From Phoronis australis (lineage: Eukaryota > Animalia > Phoronida): a DNA stretch of 64,000 nt. Shown piece by piece: positions 24,242-38,115 of this stretch. The notes below the pieces were generated by a model. The model did not search any database. It had not been told where the DNA came from and was given only the letters and a program-made list of their open reading frames with translations. A program made the position numbers and the translations under genes. The stretch covers positions 1 to 64,000 of the forward strand of contig NMRA01000293.1 of NCBI GenBank assembly GCA_002633005.1. The letters are read 5' to 3'. Numbering within the stretch: the first letter of the stretch is position 1; each line of letters starts with the position of its first letter.

Positions 24242-27200
24242 CTGCAAAATAACATATTTATTTTAATACGTTATTTACTGAACACTGCATGACCTTAAAA
24301 GGCCGAGCAAAGTGTTCAGCAATTTTAAAGCGCTAAAATTTTCAAATGCAAATCAAATGAGAGGTGACTAACAAGACAATGTCCAAGCCATCATTTTTCC
24401 TGAATTTTCAGCCAATCAACGATGACCAAAACGTTAAGCACTGTCAAAGTAATACACCATGAGCTGGTCAAAACCATTTGGTAAAAAATACTGACCAGAG
24501 TAATGAAAAGAAAATACATGTATTCTGAATTTCGTATCTGAATTAATGCTTTTGTTCACGCCAGGATGCAAAGGATCCTAAATATAAGGCCACACCCTTA
24601 TATTCCACAATTTACAGTAACTAATGTGATAAACCTGTGACTTCACAAACCATTTTTGTACATTGGATCTCGGGGAAAGCATTTAGGTGAGCTTAAAACT
24701 GAACAGCAATAAAAATTAATGACATGCTGAATCTGATATATGGCATTAATGCCATTGTTCTTTACGTTTTCCTTACACAAATATTTGACCAATCTCACAA
24801 CAGCAACATTTCTGATAATAAAAAAACACACATCAACCCTAATGGATTAACATACAGCAAACTGTTGACACGTGTCTCCACTGGAGTCTGACTGAAGTCT
24901 ACACGACTGGTAAGACACACAACGTTGGCTGGCCGGGTATCGTGGAAATGTGGTTGTCACATAACGTGCGCCGCTATGAAGGTCAAGTTCATTTTGTCGG
25001 TGACTGAAAACAAAAAATGGGAAAATAATTCCAATCAAAACCACAGCTTTAACACTTCATCCATTCCTTGTTTGTTGATACTGCAAATTAACCAAATGAA
25101 TGTTTTCATTCTGGGCTCGGCTTTTCAGAACCCATAGAGGATAATAAAACAATTATCTCCTCAACCATTATCATAAACCTTTTGATAAGTGTGTTTAGTT
25201 ACACAGTCCAACAGAAACAGTTGTGTGACTAAGAGCAGGGTTCACAAAGAACTACTTTCACTGACCTTGCATGTCAATTTCCAAAGGCCTATTGTGTGTG
25301 AATGATACCCATAATTTACAACAGTTTGCAAAATTCTAAGCCACTAAGAAGGCTAGTTAAATCCTCCATGCTCAAAATGTACCAAAATTGCTATGTTGTT
25401 TCTAGACCTAAAATGGGTTATTGGCCACAGACATGCCAGTCAGCCTAACTTTCACTCACCATCTTCTGAACACATACTCCAGATATGAGGCTGGCATACG
25501 TGACAGGAATTCAGCAATATACTTTGTATCAAATACTCCAGCTTTGAACATCTCGGATGTGTCCGCCAGAAATGTTGACAGTTTACTAGGCAAGCTGGCG
25601 TAGAAGTTTTGATAGAGGAAGACAAGGTCAATCAAACCATTGTGTAGAACAATGGGTTTTGCTGCAGAAATTATCTGAGACACTAGACCACGAGTGCTAA
25701 TAGCACCAGTTTCATCTGCCTGAAATAGAGCAGTTATGGATTAGTAAAAAATAACTGCAGGCGGACTGGTACAGCTTGTACCAGATGTACACAAGCCCTC
25801 AGGTGGACCCACTGCCCTTGTCACCTGGAACCATTTTTGTGCTTTATTAGATAAAACCAAGCTCAGGAGCTAGAGACCTGACTCAAGGGTCTAGCAGTGT
25901 GCTGCAGTGGAACTAGAACCCACAACCTTGAGAAAAAGAAGAGAACACTTATAGCACCATGCTACACTGCCTCACAGTCATAGACTGATATAATATTAGG
26001 AAAATTGAGACTTGCCATAAACATATGGGATAATGCCCATGCTCATGCCCACCCACACTTTTGAAAATTTTCGGATCAATTGCTCACTGCCCAGACCTTG
26101 CTAACAACCAAGTTGGGATCAATTTTATAGCAGTCAAGGGTCAAATGTGATGTTTCTAACATTTGAAATTTTCAGAATAGGTATTTTGTGGGTTTACAGC
26201 CCTATGCAGCAACATTTTAAAACCCATTGTATTGGTTCATGTTCTGGGGTGGAATCCTTTGTTTTGTTTCTTTTATATGAAAAGTTAACATTTCTAATTT
26301 CACTATAAACCTAATGAAGCTCATCACTGCTGGTTGATTCAATCGACTGCGAAATTTGTGACTTCAACGAAAAACTAAGATGATATAACTATACACAATA
26401 TAAAGCAACAAATAAACGAGAGCGCTTGGAGGAGCGACACTTGGCGGAATTAATCGAAAAGACTACGATGAGGGAGACGACGACAATTATGATGATCAAG
26501 GCGGCAATTATGAATAACACGATAACATTCATGTCACTAGCGAAGAAATCAAATAGAGAGCATACAATCAACTACAATAAAGAACAATAGATGGTGCAAC
26601 ATGACGGTCCAGTCTACAGTAGGACAGTGCTGGCTGGGTCAGTCTGGGTCAACTAGGCATAACCAAAACAAAGTGAACTGAAAGCCAGCCATCTGCGTGC
26701 TTGCATAGGTGACCAAAGGGACAACGGCATCCGAAAATCTCGAATAATTCAAAAAGTAGACGTCGTAGCGCAAAATGGAAAATATCTTCTGAAAGCCCGT
26801 TCAAAACTCTATTTAAAGTGGTAGTTTGGCAAAAATCCAAAAAAATTTTGAGAAAATTGAAAATTTGACGTTTTTTGAAATTCAAAGTCAAATAACTCGA
26901 AAATGGTAAGTCTGAGAAATATGCTCTCGCAGACTTTTTGAAAGGTCATACTTCAAGGAATCCACATGCAAAAATTCATTTGCTCTTCCCGTTATAAATG
27001 CGACACCAGAGCGATTGAAACCGTGTGAACATGCGCCACATCCGCCATCTTGAAAGTGATTTCCGGTTCAATAATTTTTTATAAAAGCTTATTAAACTCA
27101 ACAATCACTTGACCAGTTTGAAAGTGATTGGTTTGCAAATGCGCCCTCTACAGGAGAAAACGTTTTTGGCCATATTTCGGGGTGCGCATGCGCCACGTCC

Positions 27201-30016
27201 AATATTTCCACCATCTTTGACCAGAAGTCAACGATTTTCTGCACAGTTGTAGCACATGCGATTTTCAGCCATGTACGTCGAAAAATGCGGCCTCTACGAG
27301 TATTTGACTGTGAAATCGGATACAAAATGGCCGCCACGTCCGCCATTTTGTATCCAATCACAACCAAAAACAATAGCGTTCTAGCAGTTCTCAATCTACA
27401 CGTTGTGTGCAAATTTCATGAAAATCGGACGAAAATTGCGACCTGTAGAGAGCAAACAAACAAAAAAAAATCCCTGTCAGACCAACATACTTGACGGAAT
27501 TCGAAGAATTCCGCCAAGTAATTAAGATATTATATAAGGTGATAGAGTGATCCAATCGGAAGAAAGGATGTATCACAGAAAATTGACAAAATAGTGAGCC
27601 TCGGTGTTGAGGATCTTTTAAACATAGTCTAGGAACAGGTTCATTCTGATACCACGCGCATGTTTGTTGCATAAAGCAACGGCTAATAAGCGGTGCGTGG
27701 TAATTTCCAATACAATATGATACAGTGTAACCAATTAACTTACAATATCCTTTCCCTTGTGATAGCGAAGTCCTTTGGCGTACTGTTTATTGAAGTCAAA
27801 TCCATGATCAATCAAGAACTGAAGTGACTTGGGTTCGACCACGTAATCATCATTACACAACAGTGTGAGATTGAAGGTCTGTACATGAACAGATAGTGCC
27901 TTGCTATGGGACACAGCTTCATTTATGACAGTAAAACAGGAGACACCGAGGGACAGAACTGACCTTGTCTCAGCTACCTGGACTATATTGTGATACCTGT
28001 CATCAACACAACTGAAATGTACAAAGAGGAAAACAGTGTAAAAAAAACATTCGACGTTGTTTTTGACACTTTCCGTTCTACTTTATTGCAAACTCAAGAT
28101 ATTAAATGAATGTTATTCTATGACTTACCAGATGATCATCTAGTTCTGGCTTGTACTTGATGACTTCAGCATAAACACTTTAAGTTCAACACTGAAATCC
28201 ATATCTGGACTTTTTACATGCGTTTGGAGCTCGAATCTAGAGGTCAACCAGTGCAACTTGGACTTGCCAATCATCAGCATAAACCATAACATACTCAAGC
28301 ACAGACACATTTGAGTCTGCACAAAGTAGAATGAAGAATGTAAAAAATACTTTTGAGTTCGATTTCGTGAATAAAGATTAAATCCCACGCCAAGGTAGTC
28401 AAACAGTAGGCCCCACATCATTTATTATCTTTTCACTGGGATCCATGGTGCATATATTATGTTGAAAATTATCCACTCAAGGGATTGGTGAGTGGTGAAA
28501 GTATCTAACTTAAGCATAAAATGTGAGTGATAATTAAACGAAGAAAAAAGAGAAGGAAGCAAAGTTCGCGTAATTCCTTTTCTTTCACATCATTTCTATT
28601 TCCAAATTCAAATCATGTTACATTGGAGCAACATTAGCGCAGCGCTTAGCTTAACGCCAAGTCGCATTTGGTGACCTACAGTCAAAAATATGAGGTCGCT
28701 AAACAAAATCTGAGGTCGACAAAACTGAAAATCCCAGGTCGCCAAATGAAATCTGAGCTTGCCCCCAATCCGCCACAAAATTCATCCCACTAAAAAAAAA
28801 GAAAAAAACGTTGTACGATTGTAATGTGCCCCATTTGCAGTATCTTATGTGTTCCTCTCCAAATTCTCCCCGTAAATGTAAACATCTATATTCATTCTAT
28901 AACTAAATTCCTCTGGCCACCGAACTAACACAGGACGCAAACGATCGCATATAATGGTGGCGTGTAATCACTATCTTGCCCGATTTTTGCCGAACTTCCT
29001 TCTTTTTACTTCTTGTAATTTTAGAGCGTGTTTGATGTGTGCTGACTGCTGTAGTGGCAAATGCACTGATTTCACAAAATAAACAGAATCAAAGGTGATG
29101 AATGTATGAACATTGTTAGTAATTTAAAGTTTGGAACTCAAAACGAACTTTGAAACGAATTTAGGGACAATTATTTTCCCACTTTTAAACTCGGAGTGGT
29201 GACTTTGTGGGGACTTTTTCCCAGGTCGCCAAACACAATCTGAGGTCGCATTGGTGACCTGCAGGTCGAGACCTGAACACCATTCAAAGCTAAAAAAGAA
29301 ACAACAAAGACTACTTACTGAGCCATAAGTTTCCTCCGGTCTCCCAAACCACTCAACTCCTGTGCAGGACAGAAAAAATGGTTTGTTTGAAACAAGAATA
29401 CACATGAAACACATTGATGTCTTCACCTTGCAAATATATTTGCTTTCTTAATAGCAGTAATAATTCTTGACCACATTAACAAGATTAATTATACTAGAAA
29501 AATATGGCAATTAAACAGTAATTTAAAAGTTATTATTAGCAAAATTCTAACAGCAACTTCTTTTCAATAGACGGTTTGAGTTTTTTAAAACTATTGAAAT
29601 TCTTTGACTTACAACAGAATTACACTTCGATTACAAAAATAAAACCCAGTTGAAGATAGTAAAAACAATTAAAAAGCTCATGTGAATTACGTTCTAAACA
29701 ATATTTCAATGTATTCACCTATGTATCTCTTTCTTCTGACTGTCTATGAAGATGAGGCACACATGAAAACACCATCTACTTTATTTTATTATTTTATTAT
29801 TGTGATATTTAAAATGAGGGTGGCATCTTCAGTGAAAGCACTGCTTTCCAAGAGGGCCCTTGAAATGCACATCCCTGTTGTTCTTTATCATTTTTGTCTT
29901 ACCAAGTCAAATGCAATAAAAGATGACGTTTTAATAGACAACACGATAGTTGGCCACATGTCCACAAAGTTATCACTGTTGATATCAATCACGGGAACAT
30001 CTGTAATGGTTGCCAT
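23684..30016 (-). CDS. TOE1: Target of EGR1 protein 1 (CAF1-family deadenylase/exonuclease; gene span, 6 coding exons, 462 aa)
   Basis: complement(join(29903-30016,29319-29359,27744-28011,25460-25719,24856-25003,23684-24241)) = 1389 nt, open frame. Motifs [47 protein letters not shown] finger, basic [22 protein letters not shown]. Confidence 0.96.
24856..25003 (-). CDS. TOE1: TOE1 coding exon 5
   Basis: [11 protein letters not shown]...DTCQQFA; phases match both neighbours. Confidence 0.9.
25460..25719 (-). CDS. TOE1: TOE1 coding exon 4
   Basis: ...[24 protein letters not shown]...FDTKYIAEF...[10 protein letters not shown]. Confidence 0.96.
25755..25975 (-). mobile_element. Degenerate tRNA-derived SINE
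   Basis: Minus strand GGCAGTGTAGCATGGTG...AAGGTTGTGGGTTCTAGTTCC (A/B-box-like), then a CCCTTGAG body motif. Confidence 0.5.
26414..27525 (-). mobile_element. Helentron-associated interspersed element (DINE-1/HINE architecture)
   Basis: Minus 5' hairpin TACTTGGCGGAATTCTTCGAATTCCGTCAAGTA followed by (GTTT)n; subterminal inverted repeat ACTTGGCGGAATT at 26439-26451; short 3' hairpin; T-rich ends. Confidence 0.7.
27744..28011 (-). CDS. TOE1: TOE1 coding exon 3
   Basis: [26 protein letters not shown]...[46 protein letters not shown]. Confidence 0.95.
29319..29359 (-). CDS. TOE1: TOE1 coding exon 2
   Basis: [13 protein letters not shown](H); AG/GT boundaries. Confidence 0.93.
29903..30016 (-). 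CDS. TOE1: TOE1 coding exon 1
   Basis: [38 protein letters not shown]; an acceptor at 30033-30034 implies an upstream 5'UTR exon. Confidence 0.93.
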
Positions 30017-30799
30017 AGTGATAGGTTTAATCCTGAAACAAAATTAACACAATCTTGGGATAACTTGAGGTATGTAACACCAACAGCAGGAACACATCGT
30101 ACAGGGTGACTCAAAAGCAAATCAACAAAATTTTGTATGATGTCCTCACATCTAATTTTTTTGGAAAGAGCAAAAATCAAATACAAACTGACTTGTATGG
30201 TTAAAACTTTGGAAGGATAATCCTGAGACTGAAGTTTAGTTAACCAAATTAAAAAAAATTGTTTTATGTAGGATAAATAAAAATTAGGGGTTGAGGTTTC
30301 TTAGGTCACCATGTATTAGCAATCCTTTCTTGTAAGAAGGACCAGTGTGAGCCTTACCCAGTTGGTGAGAAACCTCTCTGTAACAATTCAATGACATTAA
30401 AAAATTGGAGCATTGTAGGCTACAGACAGATTTTTGTTAAATTCCCCAATGTATGGTTATGGGAATACACTTGCATGAAAACCAGCTGCAATAGAGGCTC
30501 TGGTAAAATCTAGTATTCTTCATTAACACAAAAATTGTTAATTGTTTTACTTTTTGTTAACCTCCAGACACCGACTTAGTGGCAGAGACAGTAACCAGAG
30601 CAAGAAGTCTAAACAAGATTACTTGTGGAATTGTAAGATTTCTGGTCAAGTACAGCACTAAAAGTCTTACTGACAGCAAATGCCTGAAGTGATGCCTTGA
30701 GAAGGTGAGAAAATTACAAGAATTTGGACAGTGTTATGAAGCCCTTTCTTAATCACTCACCTAAGGGCAAAAGATAGTTTCAACAAATACAGCCAGTGC

Positions 30800-31480
30800 C
30801 GTGCAGACGGTGATGCTCCCATAGGGCCTTCATACACTGGAAGATTTGCCGCCAATTATGCCTCACACTGCTGGAGATACCACATCATATCAACTGGCGT
30901 GTACGGTGTAAAATTGCCCAGTTGCTGATTTGTGCAACTGAACGAAGGACTGCTTTGAAAAAAGTTTCATTACAGGAGTATTTGTCTGAGTTGGAAGGAA
31001 TTAAAGACATCAACGTCCTCATAAGGTGTCCCTCTACTAGTATGCCCAAAAGGTTACTTATAGCAACATGACTTTGATGGTTTAATTAGTGTGAGGCATA
31101 ATTTGCTGACAAACTTCTGGCGTATGAAGACTCCATGGGAGCATCACCATCTCTATTGCTAAGTAGAGACGGTGGCACTGTCTAGCTAGATTTTTGGATA
31201 GTCCATGTCTCTGTAAGTCACTAGAATTGGCTAAACATTGTTAATGACAACATTATACCCTGGCACAAGCAGTGTAAAAATGACCAGTTGTAGATTTGGG
31301 CAACTGAACAAAGGACTGTTTGAAAGAAAAAGTTGGGAGAATTTGTTCAAGCTAGGAATAGTTAAAGGTATCACTCAACGGCCTCCTAGGTTGTCCCTCT
31401 ACGCGCAAAAGGTGCTTATACAGCTTATAATGATTATAGCAATATAGGACTTTGATGACATAATCAATGTGAGGTGCAAT
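30800..31480. mobile_element. MITE with ~65-bp TIRs plus adjacent partial second copy
   Basis: 30807-30872 is the inverted match of 31086-31152; internal part 30905-31100 recurs at 31270-31475. Confidence 0.6.
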
Positions 31481-33849
31481 CCCTAAAAAGCATGTGGCGG
31501 CTCTATGCCAGTAAGGCCATACTGTCTAAGCCTGCCTAAGTCCTAAGCGGCCTCGCTACGGCTAAGCCTAGGTCTAAAAAGTCATCGGTGGACTGATTTT
31601 TATTTAGCCCAAAGACTTTGGCAAAGTCGTACAATTACTGAAATTTTTCACGAAATTCTAACCATTCTACAAATACCTAAGCTCTCACGTCAACTTCTTC
31701 ACTTGAGACTTTACAGAGCCTTTTCTAATCGTCTACAATGAACAAATGTCAGTTTTCAGCTTTTTTCCAGGGCTTTTCACAGACAAGTCATAAGAGGCAG
31801 ACATGTTTTCAATCAGTTTCTAGTGCATTTCGCAGACAAGTCATGGAGGCAGACATGTTTTATACAACAGCGACACCTAATCAACACGGCTGCTGCCACC
31901 TGTGACCAGGGGCGAGCACAACTGAAACAACTATGAATGAATGAAAAATCATTCATTGGGTTCCACTCAGAAGGCATACACACAAATTGAGAACTGTCGG
32001 GCATCCGGCCCGAGAACCTCGGCGAGGGTTTGGGCGGATCTTGGACTCAAACAACTCTCAGACTTGTTAACGCGAATTTGGTGCACTGCACTGCTGAGTG
32101 TTGCTTGAGTGAGTACGGTAGTTTCACTGAGGGGCAACTTATTTTTTGTTTTTGAAAAATCCAAATCCTTGTTTATGACCGCCAATATTAAGTTCCAGGA
32201 CTTTGAAAAGGTCGGTAAATATTCATACAATCCCATAAAATCACGCCTTACAGTAGATATAATCCACACAGTGAATCGCACTCAAAGTGAAAACTCACTG
32301 ATCTTCAGTGCTATCTTCAAAAGAAATTTTGATTCTTCGGGCTCATTTGACTAACTTATCCATTAAGTCAGGATAAGGATATTGCTCACCAACAGTGCCG
32401 GGTCTTCTAGTATACCAGTCAAAATTTCTTAAATTCCATTAACGCTAGTGTATGCTTTTTATTCATGATCACAGCGGGTTTGGTTGTCAACCGCATATCT
32501 CAAGTTGTTGCAGTACTTTTATTGAAAATCACGTTTGCTTTTACTGGGCAATTGGAAATTCTCGAGGCTCACTGAAATTCTCACTTCGCTGTCCATGCAG
32601 CTTCTGTTAATGTTTTTTCCTATTGTTTTTTCCAAAAGATGCTGCCGTGCCAACTTTGTTTCCCGTCAGTTAGATCGAACTTGTGCCCAACTCCTTTTAG
32701 TAAGAGTTGAGCACAAAAGCGTGACATCGGGCTGACTTAGTACTCAGTGGAGTTAAAACGTCAGTGATGTCGAATGTCTTGTACTGAAAGCTCACAGTTT
32801 ACAATGCGGAATCTAATTGATTGCAAACGACGTTGATCTTCGAGTGTACCAATATGTACACTGAGATAGGCCCTACTCCGTCCACCACAAAGACGCAATG
32901 TCAACAACCGCGCCTACTTCGGCTCGTTGAGTGTATTTGCAGTGTGCCCACGACTGGCGCGTTAAAATATAGGTCATCAGTGGTTATTCGCGCTCTCTTA
33001 CCACTTGCTCTGCTTTTTCAGGATCACCCCAAATTGTGTGCGTTCAACCGAGAGACAATTGATTAACAGGTAATTTTTTTTCAGTAATTAAGTTTAGTGC
33101 AGATCACCAACAATGAATATTCACTTCCAATGCTTAAAGAAATGATTTGCAGATTTTCACACATGCATATAGCCTAGTTTGATCGTTTTCCCAGTCGGGT
33201 CATCCATCGAGGTCAGATTTTCTCCCTCCAAACGAAGGATTCGTAGCAGATGCAGTTAGTTCCCGGCACAGCTTAGCTTGAAACCTTCTTTGGCCGATAG
33301 TCATTCAAAGTTTGTTGGTGTGTAGCAGTCACTTTGGTTATTGTAAGACTCTTGTGCATTTCATGTATTGTTTTTTCCAAACTGAAATGTTCGCCAATCA
33401 GTTCTACACAATGCATTAACGCGCCATCTGATACTACAGCAATAACTACAATAACACGAGTTGATACCGCGAATACAGACCAGCGACGCAGAGAGCCACG
33501 GCAATACAGACAGCATTTCTTGGGTTTCAAACTCACTAAATATGACTAAATTTTTGTGAAATTTTGGGATTTTGTGAATATAAGTTGGGTTCATATATGA
33601 GTAATTGTAACTGTTCAAAACTTCACGTTCCCGCAACGTCAAATTTTTAACAAGGTACCGAGCGGTTGAAAGATTATTATTACTCATAAATACATGCACC
33701 TGCATGACTAAATTATTTACATGCTCTATAAGTTAGGTTTCATCTTTGGATCCCCTACACACTGGATATCATTCAGTAAAACTTGAAAATGACATAATAT
33801 TTATTCTCAAAACATTTCTTTTCATTTGTAGTCCACAGAAATCTCAGCC

Positions 33850-34031
33850 ATGGCCGATTTCCATATGAGCGTCAGTGTGGCGCTGGTCGCCGCGGTACTG
33901 TTGGGTGAGGTACTCAATGTCTTGTGGTATTCGCACCACAGTCCATGGGGACACCACTGGGACGACAGATACTTTGTCACTTCTATCGTATGTGACGTAG
34001 GCCTGGCCTTTGTGCTGAGCTTCCTCATGAA
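33850..34031 (+). CDS. Duplicate (likely allelic) copy of coding exon 1 of the small membrane protein gene
   Basis: Same translation as 36361-36542; ends at AA|GTAAGT just before the gap. Confidence 0.6.
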
Positions 34032-34050
34032 GTAAGTGGTAGTATGTACG

Positions 34051-34584
34051 NNNNNNNNNNNNNNNNNNNNNNNNNNNNNNNNNNNNNNNNNNNNNNNNNN
34101 NNNNNNNNNNNNNNNNNNNNNNNNNNNNNNNNNNNNNNNNNNNNNNNNNNNNNNNNNNNNNNNNNNNNNNNNNNNNNNNNNNNNNNNNNNNNNNNNNNNN
34201 NNNNNNNNNNNNNNNNNNNNNNNNNNNNNNNNNNNNNNNNNNNNNNNNNNNNNNNNNNNNNNNNNNNNNNNNNNNNNNNNNNNNNNNNNNNNNNNNNNNN
34301 NNNNNNNNNNNNNNNNNNNNNNNNNNNNNNNNNNNNNNNNNNNNNNNNNNNNNNNNNNNNNNNNNNNNNNNNNNNNNNNNNNNNNNNNNNNNNNNNNNNN
34401 NNNNNNNNNNNNNNNNNNNNNNNNNNNNNNNNNNNNNNNNNNNNNNNNNNNNNNNNNNNNNNNNNNNNNNNNNNNNNNNNNNNNNNNNNNNNNNNNNNNN
34501 NNNNNNNNNNNNNNNNNNNNNNNNNNNNNNNNNNNNNNNNNNNNNNNNNNNNNNNNNNNNNNNNNNNNNNNNNNNNNNNNNNNN
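34051..34584. other. Assembly gap (N run)
   Basis: 534 consecutive N; single Ns also at 4546, 22710, 42474 and 44902. Confidence 1.
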
Positions 34585-36360
34585 CAGAAGGCATACACAC
34601 AAATTGAGAACTGTCGGGCATCCCGGCGGCCCGAGAACCTCGACGAGGATTTGGGCGGATCTTGGACTCAAACAACTTTCAGACTTGTTAACGCGAATTT
34701 AGTGCACTGCACTGCTGACTTCTAGTGTTGCTTGACTGCCGTGAGTAGTACGGTAGTTTCACTGAGGGTTGCAACTTTTTTTGTTTTTGAAAAATCCAAA
34801 TCCTTGTTTACGACCGCCAATATTAAGTTCCAGGACCTTGAAACGGTCGGTAAATATTCATACAATCCCATAAAATCAGCGGGTTTGGTCACGGTTGTCA
34901 ACCGCGGCATATCTCAAGTTGTTGCAGTGAAAATCACGTTTGCTTTTACTGGGCAATTGGAAATTCTCGAGGCTCACTGAAATTTTCACTTCGCTGTCCA
35001 TGCAGCTTCTGTTAATGTTTTTTTCCTGTTGTTTTTTTTCCAAAAGATGCTGCCGTGCCAACTTTGTTTCCCGTCGGTTAGATCGAACTTGTGCCCAACT
35101 CCTTTTAAGAGTTGAGCACAAAAGCGTGACATCGGGCTGACTTAGTACAGTGGAGTTAAAACTTCAGTGTTGTCGAATGTCTTGTACTGAAAGCTCACAG
35201 TTTACAATGCAGAATCTAATTGATTGCAAACGAGGTTGATCTTCAAGTGCACCAATATGTACACTGAGATAGGCCCTACTCCACCACAAAGACGCAATGT
35301 CAACAACCGCGCCTACTTCGGCTCGTTGAGTGTATTTGCAGTGTGCCCACGACTGGCGCGTTAAATATAGGTCATCAGTGGTTATTCGCGCTCTCTTACC
35401 ACTTGCTCTGCTGTTTCAGGATCACCCCAAATTGTGTGCGTTCAACCCAGAGACATTTGATTAACAGGTAATTTTTTTCAGTAAGTTTAGTGCAGATCAC
35501 CAACAATGAATTTTCACTTCCAATGCTTAAAGAAATGATTTGAAGATTTTCACACATGTATATAGCCTAGTTTGATAGTTTTCCCAGTCGGGTCATCCAT
35601 CGAGGTCAGACCATTCTTATAAGTATGTTCATGTTCGTACACCAAACTCAATGCTAGCATGATTTCCGCCATGAGGGAACCTTTTATTATCTGCCAAATT
35701 TTAGGTATAAGTGATCACACAATGTACTCCTAACGGATTTTCTCCCTCCAAACGAAGGATTCGTGGCAGATGCAGTTGGTTCCCGGCACAGCTTAGCTTG
35801 AAACCTGCATTGGCCGATAGTCATTCAAAGTTTGTTGGTGTGTAGCAGTCACTTTGGTTATTGTAAGACTCTTGTGCATTTCATGTATTGTTTTTTCCAA
35901 ACTGAAATGTGCGCCAATCAGTTCTACACAATGCATTAACGCGCCATCTGATACTACAGCAGTACAATAACACGAGCTGATACCGCGAATACAGACCCGC
36001 GACGCAGAGAGCCACAGCAATACAGACAGCATTTCTTGCGTTTCAAACTCACTAAATATGACTAAATTTTTGTGAAATTTTGGGATTTTGTGAATATAAG
36101 TTGGGTTCATATATGAGTAAACTGTTCAAAACTTGACGTTCCCGCAACGTCAAATTTTTAATAAAGTACGAGCGGTTGAAAGATTATAATTACTCATAAA
36201 TACATGCACCTGGATGACTAAATTATTTATATCGCTTTATAAGTTAGGTTTCATCTTTGGATCCCCTACACACTGAATATCATCCAGTAAAACTTGAAAA
36301 TGACATAATATTTATTCTCAAAACATTTCTTTTCATTTGTAGTCCACAGAAATCTCAGCC

Positions 36361-36542
36361 ATGGCCGATTTCCATATGAGCGTCAGTGTGGCGCTGGTCG
36401 CCGCGGTACTGTTGGGTGAGGTACTCAATGTCTTGTGGTATTCGCACCACAGTCCATGGGGACACCACTGGGACGACAGATACTTTGTCACTTCTATCGT
36501 ATGTGACGTAGGCCTGGCCTTTGTGCTGAGCTTCCTCATGAA
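36361..36542 (+). CDS. Small His-rich multi-pass membrane protein (DUF1761-like), coding exon 1
   Basis: GCCATGG start; MADFHMSVSVALVAAVLLGEVLNVLWYSHHSPWGHHWDDRYFVTSIVCDVGLAFVLSFLM(K); phase-2 donor GTAAGT. Upstream acceptor at ~36341 and a probable 5'UTR exon ending ~35468. Confidence 0.8.
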
Positions 36543-38115
36543 GTAAGTGGTAGTATGTACAGTACGATTGAATTCGGTTAGCAGTTGAGAAAACCATACC
36601 CCACAGTGCGCGCCTTTTAAAATAAATGTGGGACCGGTATGAGCAGAAAACGAAAAATTCGAGACTGTATTTCAAATGGGACAAAGTACCCACGAATGAC
36701 TAGTGTAAGAACTATTTTAACTGCACTAGTGGATGATCTGGGGGACTAAAGTTTATTTCTCTGAGAAGCGCCGGGTAGCATCAGTCTCTTTGTGCGTTAA
36801 GATGGGTGCGCGTGCATTGTGAACTTTGGCTCTACTCGCAATAAAATGAACATTGCCCATTTTTGCCACAAAACGCGTTCAAATGTGAACGCTACGTTTT
36901 GTTTTAATTTGCACGGGAAACCATTATTAAGCATTTTTTTCACTAACAGCAATTTAATCAAACTCGTAGTTAAATCAGCACTGAGATTTTCGCTGGTAAT
37001 TCTCTTGATGCTAATTTTTTTAGTAGACCTTTTTAACTGATTATTTCGTCTTAAGAATAATGTTGCCAGTAAATCGAAAACATTATATGCAGGTAGTCTT
37101 CAGTAATGTGGGAAAGAGAAGTACGAAATTTCACAATATCTGATCAAGCATTATAAAAGGCACCAAAAGATATATGATTAAATATCAGCTGGCAACATAT
37201 TGCATTTCCTGAGCATCCCAGTCGTCAGCGAAAAACGTCACTATGACGACAAAAAGAAAATACACGTACATGTCGGTTGTGTCGGAATACCCACAGCTAT
37301 ATGACTAGTTTGAGTGTTCGGCAGAAGGCATGCACTGGCAAACAGTTATTTGCAAAGAGTGACTAACAACACACACAGTGTATTATGTTTGCAAACAAAA
37401 TGTTTCTTAGTGTAGATTAGCTTAGAATACCACGTGGTCACTGATATTATTCGATTCTATAAAATCAGCATTTATGGAAAACTTCCGGTACAGCTTGCAA
37501 TACCTTCCCCTGCGGTCGGTTTTGTTGGTGATGCACGTATTGTTTGATCAATGCTCAAAAGGTTTCTTTAAATAAGAAAGTAATTATGAGAAAACCGAGT
37601 TAACAGCTAGATATCTCGTCTGTGAGAGTTCTCCGATATCTTAGCTCTTGTTCATTTACTTGTTTTTATGTACAGTAGCCTGAGAAGCCGGGTGGATTTT
37701 TGCACAGAAAGAGCCTTTTCGGAATGCTAACCCTCCCACTGCGATACTATTGTGGTTAATGTGAAATAAATAGCTTCAAATGTTCGAGTTGAAATAAATG
37801 GAGATACGAAATCAGTCCCTAAGCATTGCTACATGTACCTTTTTCGCAGTTCAACGAAACAGAAATCACGCGACATCGAATATTAACAGAGAGCAGTTTT
37901 TCTTCAAATGAGGAATCCATCTACGTGTGTGTATGTTAGTGCTAAGGCTTGCAAGTCCAGGAATAAACTATAGCAAAGAGATATGTATTCAAGTCGACTG
38001 TGCTTTGATTTTAAATTTCTTTCCTTTAAAAAATATCCTGATGGGAAGCATAAAGAACTGCGTGAAAACGTACGTGGGAAGCGCACATTACAATGTCTCA
38101 ATGTTTATTTTCCAG

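Larger units (their letters stand above)
31968..36560. repeat. ~2-kb direct duplication flanking the 534-N gap (31968-34049 vs 34585-36560)
   Basis: Colinear copies with scattered SNPs and copy-specific indels (~227 bp at 32244-32470; ~128 bp at 35611-35737); coding exon appears identical. Confidence 0.9.

Noticed and set aside
33822-34725. Long ORFs of 187-275 aa
   Set aside because: Artefacts of translating through the N gap.
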